From an uncultured Gammaproteobacteria bacterium (GTDB lineage Bacteria; Pseudomonadota; Gammaproteobacteria; Steroidobacterales; Rariloculaceae): a stretch of 64,000 nt of DNA. Below, in pieces: positions 44,459 through 55,074 of this stretch. The position numbers and the translations under genes are program-made. The stretch lies in the NCBI GenBank assembly GCA_963741255.1, contig CAVUHM010000013.1, positions 50,584 to 114,583 on the forward strand, in the 5' to 3' direction. The notes under the pieces are model-generated. The model worked only from the letters and a program-made list of their open reading frames with translations. It was not told where the DNA came from and did not search any database. Every line of letters begins with the position of its first letter. Within the stretch, counting starts at the first letter, position 1.

Positions 44459-45108
44459 AGGAACGACTCGTCGGCGCCGCGGTACTCGTCGCGATCGGTG
44501 TGTGGCTGATCCCCTGGGTGCTCGACGGCCCCGAAGCCCCTCTCGAAACGACCGCGAACTCGCTGCAGTTGCCGGCCGCGGAAGAGCCGATGCCGATGCG
44601 GACGCAGACGCTGAAGCTCGGCGATGAAGGCGAGCGCGCGGCCGAGCACAGCGACGCCCGCGACGCCGCCGCAGGCCGAGCCGGCCGCGCCTCGCCGAAC
44701 GACGCTCCGGCCGCCACTCCCGAGACGACGTTCGCCACGACCGCGCCGGCGCCGCCGCGGCCCCGGAGCCGACGCCGATCGACGACGCGCGCCCGAGCCG
44801 ACTCCCGCCGCTGGATCCAGGCCCGCGGCCGTCACACCGCCGAAGCCCGCCGCGACCGCGGCCGGCGGACGGCAAGTGGATCGTGCAGCTCGGCGCGTTC
44901 GGCGAGGAAGCCAATGCGCGGCCGCATCGCGCAGCGCGCGAGCACGTTCGGCTACAAGGCCGACGTGTCGAGCTATCGCGCCAATGGCCGCACGCTGTAC
45001 CGCGTCCGCGTCGGCTCGGCTACGAGCCGCGGGCAGGCCGACGCCACGGCTTCGGCATTGCGCGCGCACGGCCTCAGCGATGCCAAAGTGCGTGGCCGCG
45101 GAACTTAA
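44443..45108 (+). CDS. dedD: SPOR-domain cell division protein, DedD-like (multiple indels)
   Basis: [24 protein letters not shown] anchor; WIVQLGAF and LYRVRVG SPOR motifs; between folC and cvpA. Confidence 0.82.
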   Translation: MDQGLKERLVGAAVLVAIGVWLIPWVLDGPEAPLETTANSLQLPAAEEPMPMRTQTLKLGDEGERAAEHSDARDAAAGRAGRASPNDAPAATPETTFATTAPAPPRPRSRRRSTTRARADSRRWIQARGRHTAEARRDRGRRTASGSCSSARSARKPMRGRIAQRASTFGYKADVSSYRANGRTLYRVRVGSATSRGQADATASALRAHGLSDAKVRGRGT

Positions 45109-45115
45109 GTCACCG

Positions 45116-45665
45116 ATGACATCAGCCGACTACGTCATGCTGCTTTCTGATTCTGTCCTCGGCGCCGTCGGGCTGTGGCGCGGTTTCACGACCGAGGCGA
45201 TGTCGCTGGCGACGCTGCTCGCCGCGCTCGTGCTCGCGTGGCTGTTCGGCGGCGTGGTCGAGCCACTGCTCGGCGACTGGTCGATTCGGCGGTCGAGGTT
45301 CGGCTCTGGGCCGCGCGCGTCGTCGTCTTTGTCACGGTGCTCGTGATCGGTGGCCTCTTCTCGTGGCTTGCGCGAAAATTCGTCGCGCACTCGGGCCTGA
45401 GCGGGCTCGATCGGCGCTCGGCGCGGGCGTTCGGCCTCGCTGCGCGCCGCGGTGTTCATCGGGCTCGCCGTCATCGTGATGGAGTTCGTCGGGCTGGCAG
45501 CAGGAACCGTGGTGGCAGGAGGCGCAGTCTGAGGCCTTACGCCGAGCGAGCGGCCGGCGCCGTGAAGTATTACGCGGAGCTCGGTATTCGCGTATGCAGG
45601 ATGCAGGTGCGGCCCGCAGCCCGTGACGGTCAGGTTGGTCAGCGTCGTGGCGTCTTCAGCTTAGG
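45116..45665 (+). CDS. cvpA: CvpA family membrane protein (indels; end approximate)
   Basis: GLWRGFTTEAMSL and SGLSGLDR motifs; upstream of purF. Confidence 0.8.
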
Positions 45666-45674
45666 TAGCGACAC

Positions 45675-47208
45675 ATGTGTGGATTGGTCGGAATCGTCGG
45701 TCATGAGCCCGTCAATCAGTCGCTCTATGACGCGCTGACCGTGCTGCAGCATCGCGGCCAGGACGCCGCCGGCATCATGACCGACGACGGCGGACGGCTG
45801 CGGGTTCGCAAGGGCAACGGCTTGGTCCGCGACGTGTTCCTCGAACGGCACATGCTGAAGCTCGCGGGCAACATGGGCCTCGGCCACGTGCGCTACCCGA
45901 CGGCCGGCAGCGCGAGCTCTGTCCGAAGCGCAGCCGTTCTACGTGAACTCGCCGTACGGCATCTGCCTCGCGCACAACGGCAACCTCGTGAACGTCGACG
46001 AGCTCAAACGCCTCGTCGAGCAACACGATCACCGCCACCTGAACACGAACTCCGACTCCGAGGTCCTGCTGAACGTGTTCGCGCACGAGCTCGGCAAGCA
46101 CGCGGCGAGCGGCGTGAACCCGCAACAGATCCTCGACGCCGTCGAGGCGCTGTACAAGCGCTGCTCCGGCGGCTACGCCGTCGTCGCGATGATCATCGGC
46201 TACGGCATCGTGGCGTTCCGCGACCCGCACGGCATCCGCCCGCTCGTGCTCGGCATTCGCGAGACGCCGAACGGCGTCGAGCACATGGTGGCGTCCGAGA
46301 GCGTGGCGCTCGACGCCGTCGGCTTCGAGCTCGAGCGCGACATCCTGCCGGGCGAGGCGGTGTTCATCGACAAGCGCGGCTACCTGCACAGCCGCCAGAC
46401 TTCGGCTCGCAAGCGGCTACACGCCCGTGCATCTTCGAGTTCGTGTACTTCGCGCGCCCGGACTCGATCATCGACAACCTGTCGGTCTACAAAGCGCGCC
46501 TGCGCATGGGCGAGAAGCTCGCCGACAAGATCCTGCGCGAGCGCCCCGACCACGACATCGACGTCGTGATCCCGATTCCGGACACGTCGCGCACGGCCGC
46601 CATGCAGGTGGCCATTGGCCTCGGCGTGAAGTACCGCGAGGGGTTCATCAAGAACCGCTACATCGGTCGCACGTTCATCATGCCCGAGCAGTCGGCGCGC
46701 AAGGCGTCGGTGCGCAAGAAGCTGAACGCGATCGGTCTCGAGTTCGCGGGCAAGAACGTGCATGCTCGTCGACGACTCCGTCGTGCGCGGCACGACGTCG
46801 CAGCAGATCATCGACATGGCGCGCGAGGCCGGCGCGAAGAAGGTCTATTTCGCCTCGGCCGCGCCGCCCGTGCGTTACCCGAACGTCTACGGCATCGACA
46901 TGCCGGCCGCCGGCGAGCTCGTCGCGGCGGGTCGCACCGTCGAGCAGGTGCAGCGCAAGATCGGCGCCGATTGGCTCGTGTATCAGGATCTCGACGATCT
47001 CGTCGCGGCGGTGCGGCACGAGAAGGCCGGCATCGACGGCTTCGACACCTCGTGCTTCTCGGGCGAGTACGTCACGGGCGACGTGAGCCGCGCCTATCTC
47101 GACGCGCTCGAGATCATCCGCTCGAACTCGGCGAAGGCGCGGCGCGACGCGAAGGTGCGTGCCGAGGAGCTCGACGACGACACGATGCAGGTGGCGAGCG
47201 GGCTGTGA
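45675..47208 (+). CDS. purF: Amidophosphoribosyltransferase (indels about 45925, 46410, 46760)
   Basis: [46 protein letters not shown]. Confidence 0.95.
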
Positions 47209-47216
47209 CGTGAGCC

Positions 47217-48444
47217 TTGCGCTTCCTGATCATCGATGACGACGCGGACTACCGGCAGCTGCTGCGCTATCACCTCGAGGTCGAGTGGCCGGATGCGGTC
47301 ATCGACGAGCATCAGCCGAGCTCCGGCGGGCCGCTCGCGGACGAGCTTCGCCCTGACCGGACGTCGACCTCGTCCTGCTCGGCCATCCCGTCGCGCGGCC
47401 GAGACGGCCTCAGTTCCTCGAGCGGCTCTGTGCAGGCGCGCGCGACTGTCCGCCGGTGCTGCTGTTCGCCGCCGAGAGCGACGAGTTTCTCGCCGTCGAC
47501 GCGCTGAAGGCCGGCGCCGCGAATTTCTTCCCGAAGGACCGCGTCAAGCACCAGCGGCTGATCGAGGTCGTGCGCGGCGAGCTCAAGGTCGAGCGCCTCG
47601 ACGCCGACGGGCGAGCTGCTCGCGAACCACAAAGCGCTGAACGGCGCGCTCGAAGCGCCGCGTCGTGGCGAAGCTCTACTGCGGGCGACCTGTCGTCGGT
47701 TTATCTCGCGGAAGGCGAGAGTGGCGGCGACCGCGTCGCGCTCAAGGTGCTGCGCCACGTGCCCGACGCGGGCGGCGGCCGGCTGTTCGACCGTTTCCTG
47801 CAGGAGTACGAGGTCATCGCGCGCGTGCACCATGCCGAACGTCGTGCGGATCTTCGATCTCGGCGTCGCCGACGATCACGCGTACATCGCGATGGAGTAT
47901 CTTGGCGCCGGCAGCCTGGCGGCGCGATTGCGAAAGGCGCTCGAGCCGGCGACGGCGGTCGACTACGCGCGACAGATCGCCGGTGCGTTGCATGCGATCC
48001 ACGGCGCCGGGGTCCTGCACCGCGATTTGAAACCCGGCAACATCATGTTCCGCGACGACGGCAGCCTCGCGTTGATCGACTTCGGGCTCGCGAAGGAGAT
48101 GCGGTTGACACGCCGCGATCACGGGCGCGGGCCAGATCTTCGGCACGCCTTATTACATGAGCCCCGAGCAGGGTCACGCGGAGCCGACGGACGAGCGCAG
48201 CGACCTGTATAGCGTGGGGTGCATCCTCTACGAGATGCTGACGGGCCAGCGGCCGTTCACGGCCAGCTCGCCGATGGGCGTGATCTATCGTCACGCTCAC
48301 GCGCCGCGGCCGCGCCTGAGCCTCGCGCTGACGCACTTTCAGCCGATGCTCGATCGGCTGCTCGCCGTCGATCGTTTCGATCGCTACCAGTCCGCCGGCG
48401 AGCTCGTCGCGGCGCTCGGCGCGGTCGCGTCGGCCGCACGCTGA
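47217..48444 (+). CDS. Pseudo-receiver domain fused to Ser/Thr kinase (multiple indels)
   Basis: [27 protein letters not shown]; [28 protein letters not shown]. Confidence 0.8.
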
Positions 48445-48452
48445 GGCGCACA

Positions 48453-49183
48453 TCAGTCGAGCGTTTCGAGCCTGAAACCCGCGGCGTCCCAGCGCACGAT
48501 GCGCGGCGGCTCGTGCCAGGCGCCGAGCACGATGCGTGCGGCCGGGCGGCCGTCGAGCATGAAAGCGGTGGACCGCGGGCCGATGCGTGTGGCCGTGCAA
48601 CAGCAGCCGGACGTCGAACTCGCGCATCGTGCGCTCGACGGTCGCCTGATTCACGTCCATGACGTACTCGTCCTTCGCCGCGATCTCGGTCGTCGCTCAT
48701 GCTGCCGCAGGTCTTCCGCGATCTTGCGCCGCTCCGCCAGCGGTTTAGCGAGGAAATCGCGCTGCCACTCGGCGCTAGCGCAGCTGCGCGCGCAGAGTCA
48801 TGTAGCGCGTGTCGTCGCTGCAGAGGAGATCGCCGTGCGTGAGAAGCACGGGCTCGCCGAACGGCTCGATGCGCTCGTAGTCGTCCGAGCAACCGGCAAC
48901 CGGTCGCGGCACAGAAACCGTGCGCCGAGCAGGAAGTCGCGATTGCCGTGCATGACCGCGCACGGCACGCCGGTGCGCGTGAGCCGCGCGCAGCGCGTCG
49001 ACGATCGGCGTCAGACACGGGTCGTCGTCGTCGTCGCCGATCCACGCTTCGAACAGATCGCCGAGGATGTAGAGCTCGCGGAGCAGTCCCGCGCCTCTGC
49101 GTCCATGAAGCTCGACGAACCGGCGAATCGCCTCCGCGTCTCCCGCATCGAAGATGCAGGTCGGAGATGAACAGAGCGGTCAT
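48453..49183 (-). CDS. lpxH: UDP-2,3-diacylglucosamine diphosphatase (multiple indels)
   Basis: ALFISDLHL, ILGDLFEAWIGDD, HGNRDFL, HGDLLCSDD, LHGHTHRP. Confidence 0.9.
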
Positions 49184-49188
49184 CGACG

Positions 49189-49770
49189 CTACTCGAGAGC
49201 TCGATGCGCTCGATGAGGATCGGCTCGACGGGAACGTTGCGATCGAACGGGCCGCCGCCGGCCGTCGGCCGGTGGCCGATGTCGTCGACGACTTCCATGC
49301 CTTCGACGACCTCGACCGAACACCGCGTAGCCCCAGCGCGTCGGCCGCGGGTTCAGGTCGATGTTGTCGGCCAGGTTGACGTAGAACTGGCTCGTCGCGG
49401 AATGCGGCTCGGTGGTGCGCGCGAACGCGACCGTGCCGCGCAGATTGCTCAAGCCGTTGCCGGACTCGTTGACGACGTTCTCGGTGACGGTCTTCTGCTG
49501 TCATGTCGTGTCGTCGTAGCCGCCCGCTTGCGCGATGAACCCGGCGACGACGCGGTGAAAGACCGTGCCGGAATAGAACCCGGCTTCACGTACTTCAGGA
49601 ACGCTTCGACGGTCCTCGGTGCGCGCCCGCGGTCGAGCTCGATCACGAAGTTGCCGGCGGTCGTGACGACACGGACGCGCGGGTGCAGCGGCGACGGCCG
49701 ACGTCGTCCTGGGCCGCGCCGAGCGTCGGCACAGCAAGGCCAGGCAGAGCAACAAGCTGGCTAGACGCAT
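49189..49770 (-). CDS. Exported cyclophilin-type peptidyl-prolyl isomerase (indels)
   Basis: Signal peptide; FYSGTVFHRVVAGFIAQAGG, NESGNGLSNLRGTVAFART, ATSQFYVN, WGYAVFG. Confidence 0.88.
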
Positions 49771-49811
49771 CGGGGTTTCCTTCAGTGACGTTCGGCGCTT
49801 CGAGTCTGATT

Positions 49812-50741
49812 CTAACGCGCGCGCAGCTCGGCGGCCTTGACGGTGTTGGCCATCAGCATCGCGATCGTCAGCGGCCCCACGCCGCCCGGCACCGGCGTCA
49901 GCGCTCCGGCCGTGGCCGCGACGTCGGGATGCACGTCGCCGACGAGCACGGAGCCGCGCTTCTTGAACACTTCGAGGCGCTCGGGGTACGCGGCGAAGAT
50001 GCGCTTGGCCTCTTCGGCGTTCGTCACGGAGTTGATGCCGACGTCGATCACGACTGCGCCGGGTTTCACGAAATCGCGTCGTGACGAACGCGGGGCGGCC
50101 GATCGCGGCGACGAGGATGTCGGCCGTGCGCGCCATGCGCCGGCAGGTCGCGCGTGCGCGAGTGACAGATCGTGACGGTCGCGTTCTTGTGCAGCAACAG
50201 CGCGGCCATCGGCTTGCCGACGATGTCGGAACGGCCGATCACGACGGCGTGCTTGCCCTCGATCGGGGTCTTCGTGCGCACGAGCAGCTCGATGACGCCG
50301 GCCGGCGTGCACGGCGCGAATCCGTCGCGGTTCTGTATGACGCGGCCCGCCGAGATCGGGCTGAAGCCGTCGACGTCCTTGCCGGGGTCGATCGTGTCGA
50401 ACACGCGCTGCTCGGCGTCCGTGCCGAGCGATTTCGGTAGCGGCGACTGGACGAGGATGCCGTCGACGCTGCGTGTCCTTGTTGAACCGTTCGACGACGC
50501 CGAGCAACGTCGCGAGCGAGGTCGAGCTCGGCAGGCGCTCGAGGTGCACGCCCATGCCGGCGTCCTCGGCGGTCTTGAGCTTGTTGCGCACGTAGACCTC
50601 CGACGCCGGATCGTCGCCGACGAGCACGATCGCGAGCGCGGGCGGTCGGCCGAGCTTCGCCCGAACGTTGGCGACACGACCGGTGAGCTCGTCGCGGATT
50701 TGTTGGCCGACGGCTTTGCCGTCGAGAAGCGTGGCGGTCAC
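49812..50741 (-). CDS. folD: Methylenetetrahydrofolate dehydrogenase/cyclohydrolase (compensating indels)
   Basis: [44 protein letters not shown]. Confidence 0.94.
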   Translation of the reverse strand: MTATLLDGKAVGQQIRDELTGRVANVRAKLGRPPALAIVLVGDDPASEVYVRNKLKTAEDAGMGVHLERLPSSTSLATLLGVVERFNKDTQRRRHPRPVAATEIARHGRRAARVRHDRPRQGRRRLQPDLGGPRHTEPRRIRAVHAGRRHRAARAHEDPDRGQARRRDRPFRHRRQADGRAVAAQERDRHDLSLAHARPAGAWRARPTSSSPRSAAPRSSRRDFVKPGAVVIDVGINSVTNAEEAKRIFAAYPERLEVFKKRGSVLVGDVHPDVAATAGALTPVPGGVGPLTIAMLMANTVKAAELRAR

Positions 50742-50915
50742 GACAATTTCTACCTGAAGCGCGGGGACGCGGATTCTCGCACGAGCTTCTTTGGCCGCTC
50801 AAGGCGCCGCCATGGACGGCGGCGTGCCGCAAATGCAGGAGCAATTTGCGGCCTCGAGCCGCCCCGCTCGTTTGCGGTCAAGGGCTCACGCGCATAAGAT
50901 GCCGAGCGGTAGCAG

Positions 50916-50992
50916 CGGGGCATGGCGCAGCCTGGTAGCGCATCTGCTTTGGGAGCAGAGGGTCGCAGGTTCAAATCCTGCTGCCCCGACCA
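50916..50992 (+). tRNA. tRNA-Pro(TGG)
   Basis: Cloverleaf; anticodon arm tctgc-TTTGGGA-gcaga; T-loop TTCAAAT; encoded CCA. Confidence 0.96.
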
Positions 50993-51012
50993 AAACCCTC
51001 GATAAGAACGTT

Positions 51013-51088
51013 GCGCCCGTAGCTCAAGGGATAGAGCACCGGCCTTCTAAGCCGGGGGTTGCAGGTTCGAATCCTGCCGGGCGCGCCA
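51013..51088 (+). tRNA. tRNA-Arg(TCT)
   Basis: Anticodon arm ccggc-CTTCTAA-gccgg; GTTCGAATC; CCA. Confidence 0.96.
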
Positions 51089-51118
51089 TGACTCGATGCG
51101 ATAGAATGACAAGACGCT

Positions 51119-51195
51119 GGTGGACGTAGCTCAGTTGGTAGAGCCCCGGATTGTGATTCCGGCCGTCGTGGGTTCGAGTCCCATCGTCCACCCCA
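51119..51195 (+). tRNA. tRNA-His(GTG)
   Basis: Anticodon arm ccgga-TTGTGAT-tccgg; G-1 present; CCA. Confidence 0.96.
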
Positions 51196-51220
51196 CTTTC
51201 CGGCTGAGCGCAAGATCACC

Positions 51221-51296
51221 GGGCCGTTAGCTCAATTGGTAGAGCAGTGGACTCTTAATCCATTGGTTGTAGGTTCGAGTCCTACACGGCCCACCA
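51221..51296 (+). tRNA. tRNA-Lys(CTT)
   Basis: Anticodon arm gtgga-CTCTTAA-tccat; GTTCGAGTC; CCA. Confidence 0.96.
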
Positions 51297-51310
51297 CTCG
51301 GCCGGCTCGC

Positions 51311-52386
51311 ATGCGCGTAGCGATCCATTTCCCGAAGCTCGATCTATACAGCGGCACCGCCAGCTGATCAGGATGCAGGCGCGCGGGCTCGAGAGGCGCC
51401 GGGGCGCAAGTTCGAGTCGTGGCCGAGCGGGGTGCGCTGCGTTTCTTCCTGCGCGACCGGTATTCGAGACCACGCGTGCTTCGGCGGGCGCGCTCGCGTC
51501 GCGCCACGTGGCTCGGACGAGATCGTCGTCGATCATGGCCTCGGCATAGCGAACGCGGACGTCGTGTTCGTGCACAACCTCGCGACCGCGGCCAATCGTT
51601 ACCTGTCGCACGCGGATCACGAGCGTGCGGACGCGGAGCGCGCGTTCCTCGCTCGCCTGCGCACGAGCACGCCGATCGTCGCGAACTCGGCGCTCGTGAA
51701 AGCGGCGCTCGTCGAGGATATAGGGTTGCCGGCCGCGCGCGTCGTCGTTCACGAGCCCGGGCTATCAGAGCGCGCGGTTTCGCGCGGAGCTACGGCCGGC
51801 ATTGCGCGCGCGTGCGCGGCGTGCCCTCGGCGTCGATCTCGACACGCGGCTCGTCGGTTTCGTTACGTCGGGCGACTTCCACAAGCGGGGGCTCGACTTG
51901 TTCCTCGCGACGGCCGAGCGCATCGCGCAGGTGAGTCCGGACGTCCGCTTCCTCGTCGTCGGAGCGCGGCGGTTACCGGACGAAGCCGCTCGGCATCCTC
52001 TCGTTCTGTCGGGCCGCCTTTTCTATCGACCCAAGAACCACGATCCGGAGCGGTGGATGGCCGCGCTCGACCTGTTCGTCTACATGGCCCGCTATGAAGA
52101 ATTCGGCATGGTGTTGCTCGAGTCGCTCGCGCTCGGCGTGCCTTCGCTGACGTCGCGACGCGTGGGTGCGGCCGAGTGTCTGCCACCCGCCTACGCGCGT
52201 TGGGTTGCTGCGGAGCCCAACGTCGATTGGTTCGCGGAAGCCACGCTGCGCCTGCTCGCGGACGAGGGCGCCCGTGCGGCGCTCGCGCTCGCCGGCATCG
52301 AGCACGCGCCGCGATATTCGGACGATGAATACGCGCGTGCGGCGGCGAGCACGATTCTCAGAAGCGGCGGCTCAGGTAAACGCTGA
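51311..52386 (+). CDS. Glycosyltransferase family 4 (GT-B); indels in 5' half
   Basis: MRVAIHFP start; IVANSALVK, SGDFHKRGL, ARYEEFGMVLLESLALGVP (E-x7-E motif). Confidence 0.82.
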
Positions 52387-52906
52387 TGCCGGTAAGGTCG
52401 TAGAAGTTGTCTTGGCTTCCGCCCTGAGGATCCGTCGGCAGCACGTTGTCGCGCGCGATCTTGTCGCCGTAGCGCAGGTCGATGCCGAGATCCCACTTGG
52501 CGACGAGCTGCTTGAATTGCACGCCGCCGCCCAAGTAGTAGCCGTAGGCAGGCGTCCCGAGCGATAGCCGCGCGGCGCCGAAGAACGCGTCGAACCCCAG
52601 CCGCTCCGAAACGTTGAAGCGATAGTCGACCAGCCGCAGCGCGAGCAGCAGCTCCGAGTCCACGTCGTCGAGCTCGAGCCGGACCCCGATGTCGTTGCCT
52701 CCGCTCAACCGTCGCTGCACGCCGATGCCGACATGAACGCTGCTGCTCTCTGTGTCGATCGTCGCCTCTTGGTTCGCGACCGTGGCCTCGAGCTCGGACG
52801 CGCTGGCGCCGATGTCGATGAACGCCTCGGCTGCCGCATCCGGCGCGGCAATCGTCAGGGTCAGCGCAGCGATCAACAGCGCGGCGGTGCGGAGGGAGTG
52901 CAGCAT
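52358..52906 (-). CDS. Small outer-membrane beta-barrel protein
   Basis: Signal peptide, alternating amphipathic strands, C-terminal SVYLSRRF; 11 bp after wzi. Confidence 0.7.
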   Translation of the reverse strand: MLHSLRTAALLIAALTLTIAAPDAAAEAFIDIGASASELEATVANQEATIDTESSSVHVGIGVQRRLSGGNDIGVRLELDDVDSELLLALRLVDYRFNVSERLGFDAFFGAARLSLGTPAYGYYLGGGVQFKQLVAKWDLGIDLRYGDKIARDNVLPTDPQGGSQDNFYDLTGISVYLSRRF

Positions 52907-52917
52907 CGTGCGTGGCC

Positions 52918-54312
52918 TCAGAATCGAATGAATGCGCTAACGTGGCTGAACGACTCGCCGAAGCTGTCGCGTCCCGTGTTCACCTCGGCGCCCCAGAATA
53001 GTTGTCGCCATGGCCGGCTGTATCGCAGCTCGAAATCGTAGGCACCTTCATAGGCGCGCGTGGCGTAGTTCTCGTTGTCGAGCGCGCGATAGGTCGCCTC
53101 GATAGTGCCCCCGATCCCAAGGCCGTAACCCGCGCGCACCATGTAGCTGCGCGCGCCGATGCCGTCGCCCGTGACGCGCCAGTCGCCGCCCCAATGCCCA
53201 ATCACGTTTCCATGGTTGCGGAGCCCGTCTTGATAGATGTGGTGGACGTACCAGCCGTTCTGCCACTCGCTGATCTCGACCGTCAACGCGAGCCGGTTGC
53301 TCATGAGGCTCGGCAAGTCGACGCCGGCGGACAGCGCGACGTTGCCGATCCTCGCATTGTTCGTCGTCGACGTGTCCTCGCCGGCATATTCGAAATACAC
53401 CGCGACCGGTGTGCGCCCGGGAATGATGTAGCGCGTGCTCAGCGAGGCAACTTGATTGCCGAATTCCGTTTCGGTGCCGGTATTGTCGGACGACGGATCG
53501 AAAAACGCTTCGAGCAGGTCGCCGAACGAGTCCGGACGCTCACCGCCGCCATACTGCATGATCCTATTGATGCCGATCGACCAGCCGGTGACTGGCTCGA
53601 TCGAGAGGTGCAGACCCGCCAGAAGCGGATTGCCCGAGGTCGGCACTCCGCCATGAATGATGTTGCTCGATTCACTGAGCTCGCCGATGAACGCTTCATA
53701 GCGCAGCTTGAAGCGCGTCAATGGTGCGTAGCTCGAGATCGTCGCCGACGGCATCGTCTGCGCTTCGGTGCTGAGGAGCATCGCGCTATCGGTTAGCGGC
53801 GAGAGCCAGTGGTCGCGGTACCCCAAGTCGATCTGCAAATATTGGGTGCCGAAGCTGATCATCGAGCCGGTCGGCGTGGACTCGCCTTCGTAGGCAACGA
53901 AGCCGCCGGAGACGATGAAATGGTCGGCCGGCTGCCAATACACCGCGGCGTTCGCCTCGTAGTAGCTGTTCGTGTCCATGCCGTGGCGGTTTGGCAGCGC
54001 GGTTGCCGCGCCCGAGTGGGCCCCGACGCTCAAGCTCGCGTAGTTGATGCCGGCCGTGCGCGTCAGGCTCGTGAGATAGCGACGCACCTCCGCGCACAAC
54101 ACGGCATCGCGCTCGCACGCGCGAGGCAGTGCGTCGAGCACCGTCGCCGCGGCGATCGGGCGCGTCAGCACGGGTTGGTCGGCGAGAATCAACAGCCGCT
54201 CGATCTTTCGCTCGATCTCGGGATGCAGATTCAACGGCAAATACGGACTGACGCCGCGCGCGTGCGCAGTGCCGAACAGAGCCAAGGCCAAGAGGCAGAC
54301 TCGCGCCACCAT
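52918..54312 (-). CDS. Capsule assembly Wzi-family outer-membrane protein
   Basis: GYRDHWLSPLTDSAMLLSTEA, RIMQYGGGERP, GNQVAS, YFEYAGED; C-terminal Phe. Confidence 0.82.
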   Translation of the reverse strand: MVARVCLLALALFGTAHARGVSPYLPLNLHPEIERKIERLLILADQPVLTRPIAAATVLDALPRACERDAVLCAEVRRYLTSLTRTAGINYASLSVGAHSGAATALPNRHGMDTNSYYEANAAVYWQPADHFIVSGGFVAYEGESTPTGSMISFGTQYLQIDLGYRDHWLSPLTDSAMLLSTEAQTMPSATISSYAPLTRFKLRYEAFIGELSESSNIIHGGVPTSGNPLLAGLHLSIEPVTGWSIGINRIMQYGGGERPDSFGDLLEAFFDPSSDNTGTETEFGNQVASLSTRYIIPGRTPVAVYFEYAGEDTSTTNNARIGNVALSAGVDLPSLMSNRLALTVEISEWQNGWYVHHIYQDGLRNHGNVIGHWGGDWRVTGDGIGARSYMVRAGYGLGIGGTIEATYRALDNENYATRAYEGAYDFELRYSRPWRQLFWGAEVNTGRDSFGESFSHVSAFIRF

Positions 54313-54346
54313 CTCCCCGCAGTTACGATGGACGGAAGGGACGTGC

Positions 54347-54790
54347 ATGATATCGTCAAGATTCCGCGGGCGCGATTCGCTGCTGTTCGTGTACGGCACA
54401 CTACGTCCGTTCGTCGACATTCCGATGACTCGCTGGCTCAAGGGTGTTGCGACACACGCCGGTCCGGCGTCGATCCGGGGCCGCCTTTACGACTTGGGGC
54501 CCTATCCGGGTCTGCGTCCGGCACGCCGTCGGCAAGAACGGGTCAGCGGAGACGTGTATCGGGTCAGCGCGAAGGTGCTGCTCGTGCTCGATCGCTACGA
54601 GGCGGGCGTCGGCACCGGAGCGCCGCGATTCGTTCGGCGGCGATGCGAGCTCATTCGACGTCACGCCCGTTCGTCGCTCGCGTGGGTATACGTGTACGAC
54701 CGCATCGTGCGTCCGCGCGCGCGGATCGCAAGCGGCGACTATCGCGCCGCATTAAGTTCAAGGTCGCAGATCGGCGACCCGAAAAGGTAA
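54347..54790 (+). CDS. Gamma-glutamylcyclotransferase (GGCT/AIG2-like) family protein
   Basis: LLFVYGTLR, GRLYDLGPYPGL, LDRYE, AWVYVY, IASGDY. Confidence 0.85.
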   Translation: MISSRFRGRDSLLFVYGTLRPFVDIPMTRWLKGVATHAGPASIRGRLYDLGPYPGLRPARRRQERVSGDVYRVSAKVLLVLDRYEAGVGTGAPRFVRRRCELIRRHARSSLAWVYVYDRIVRPRARIASGDYRAALSSRSQIGDPKR

Positions 54791-55023
54791 GTCGCCACAA
54801 ACGCGCCCAAGGTCGCGGCGAGACAGCGATCGCGCGAAATTGTTGCATCGCATAACGACCCTGATCGCGATTCCTTGTCGCGGCGCGCCGACGCGCTCGC
54901 CCCAGCATCTCCACCGATCTCGATCGTCGTTACTCTTCCGTGTCGGTGAACAGGGACGGTTCGAGGCGTCGCTGTTCGGCGTCAAGCGCGCCGGAATCGC
55001 GGCCTGCCTAGCTTTCGGCGTTG

Positions 55024-55039
55024 TGGCACGGAACTTGGA
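55024..55039 (+). promoter_or_regulatory. Probable sigma54 (-24/-12) promoter of the Ig-repeat gene
   Basis: TGGCACG-gaac-TTGGA versus consensus TGGCACG-N4-TTGCW; one mismatch at -12; about 35 bp before the GTG start. Confidence 0.55.
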
Positions 55040-55074
55040 ACTCGTCGCGCGTCTTTCAGTGGGGCGGGTTCAGG

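Noticed and set aside
41369-50741. Mass pseudogenisation or programmed frameshifting of truA, accD, folC, purF, lpxH and folD
   Set aside because: Several are essential, motifs are intact across frames, some indels compensate each other, and no slippery sites were evident. Sequencing error is far more likely.
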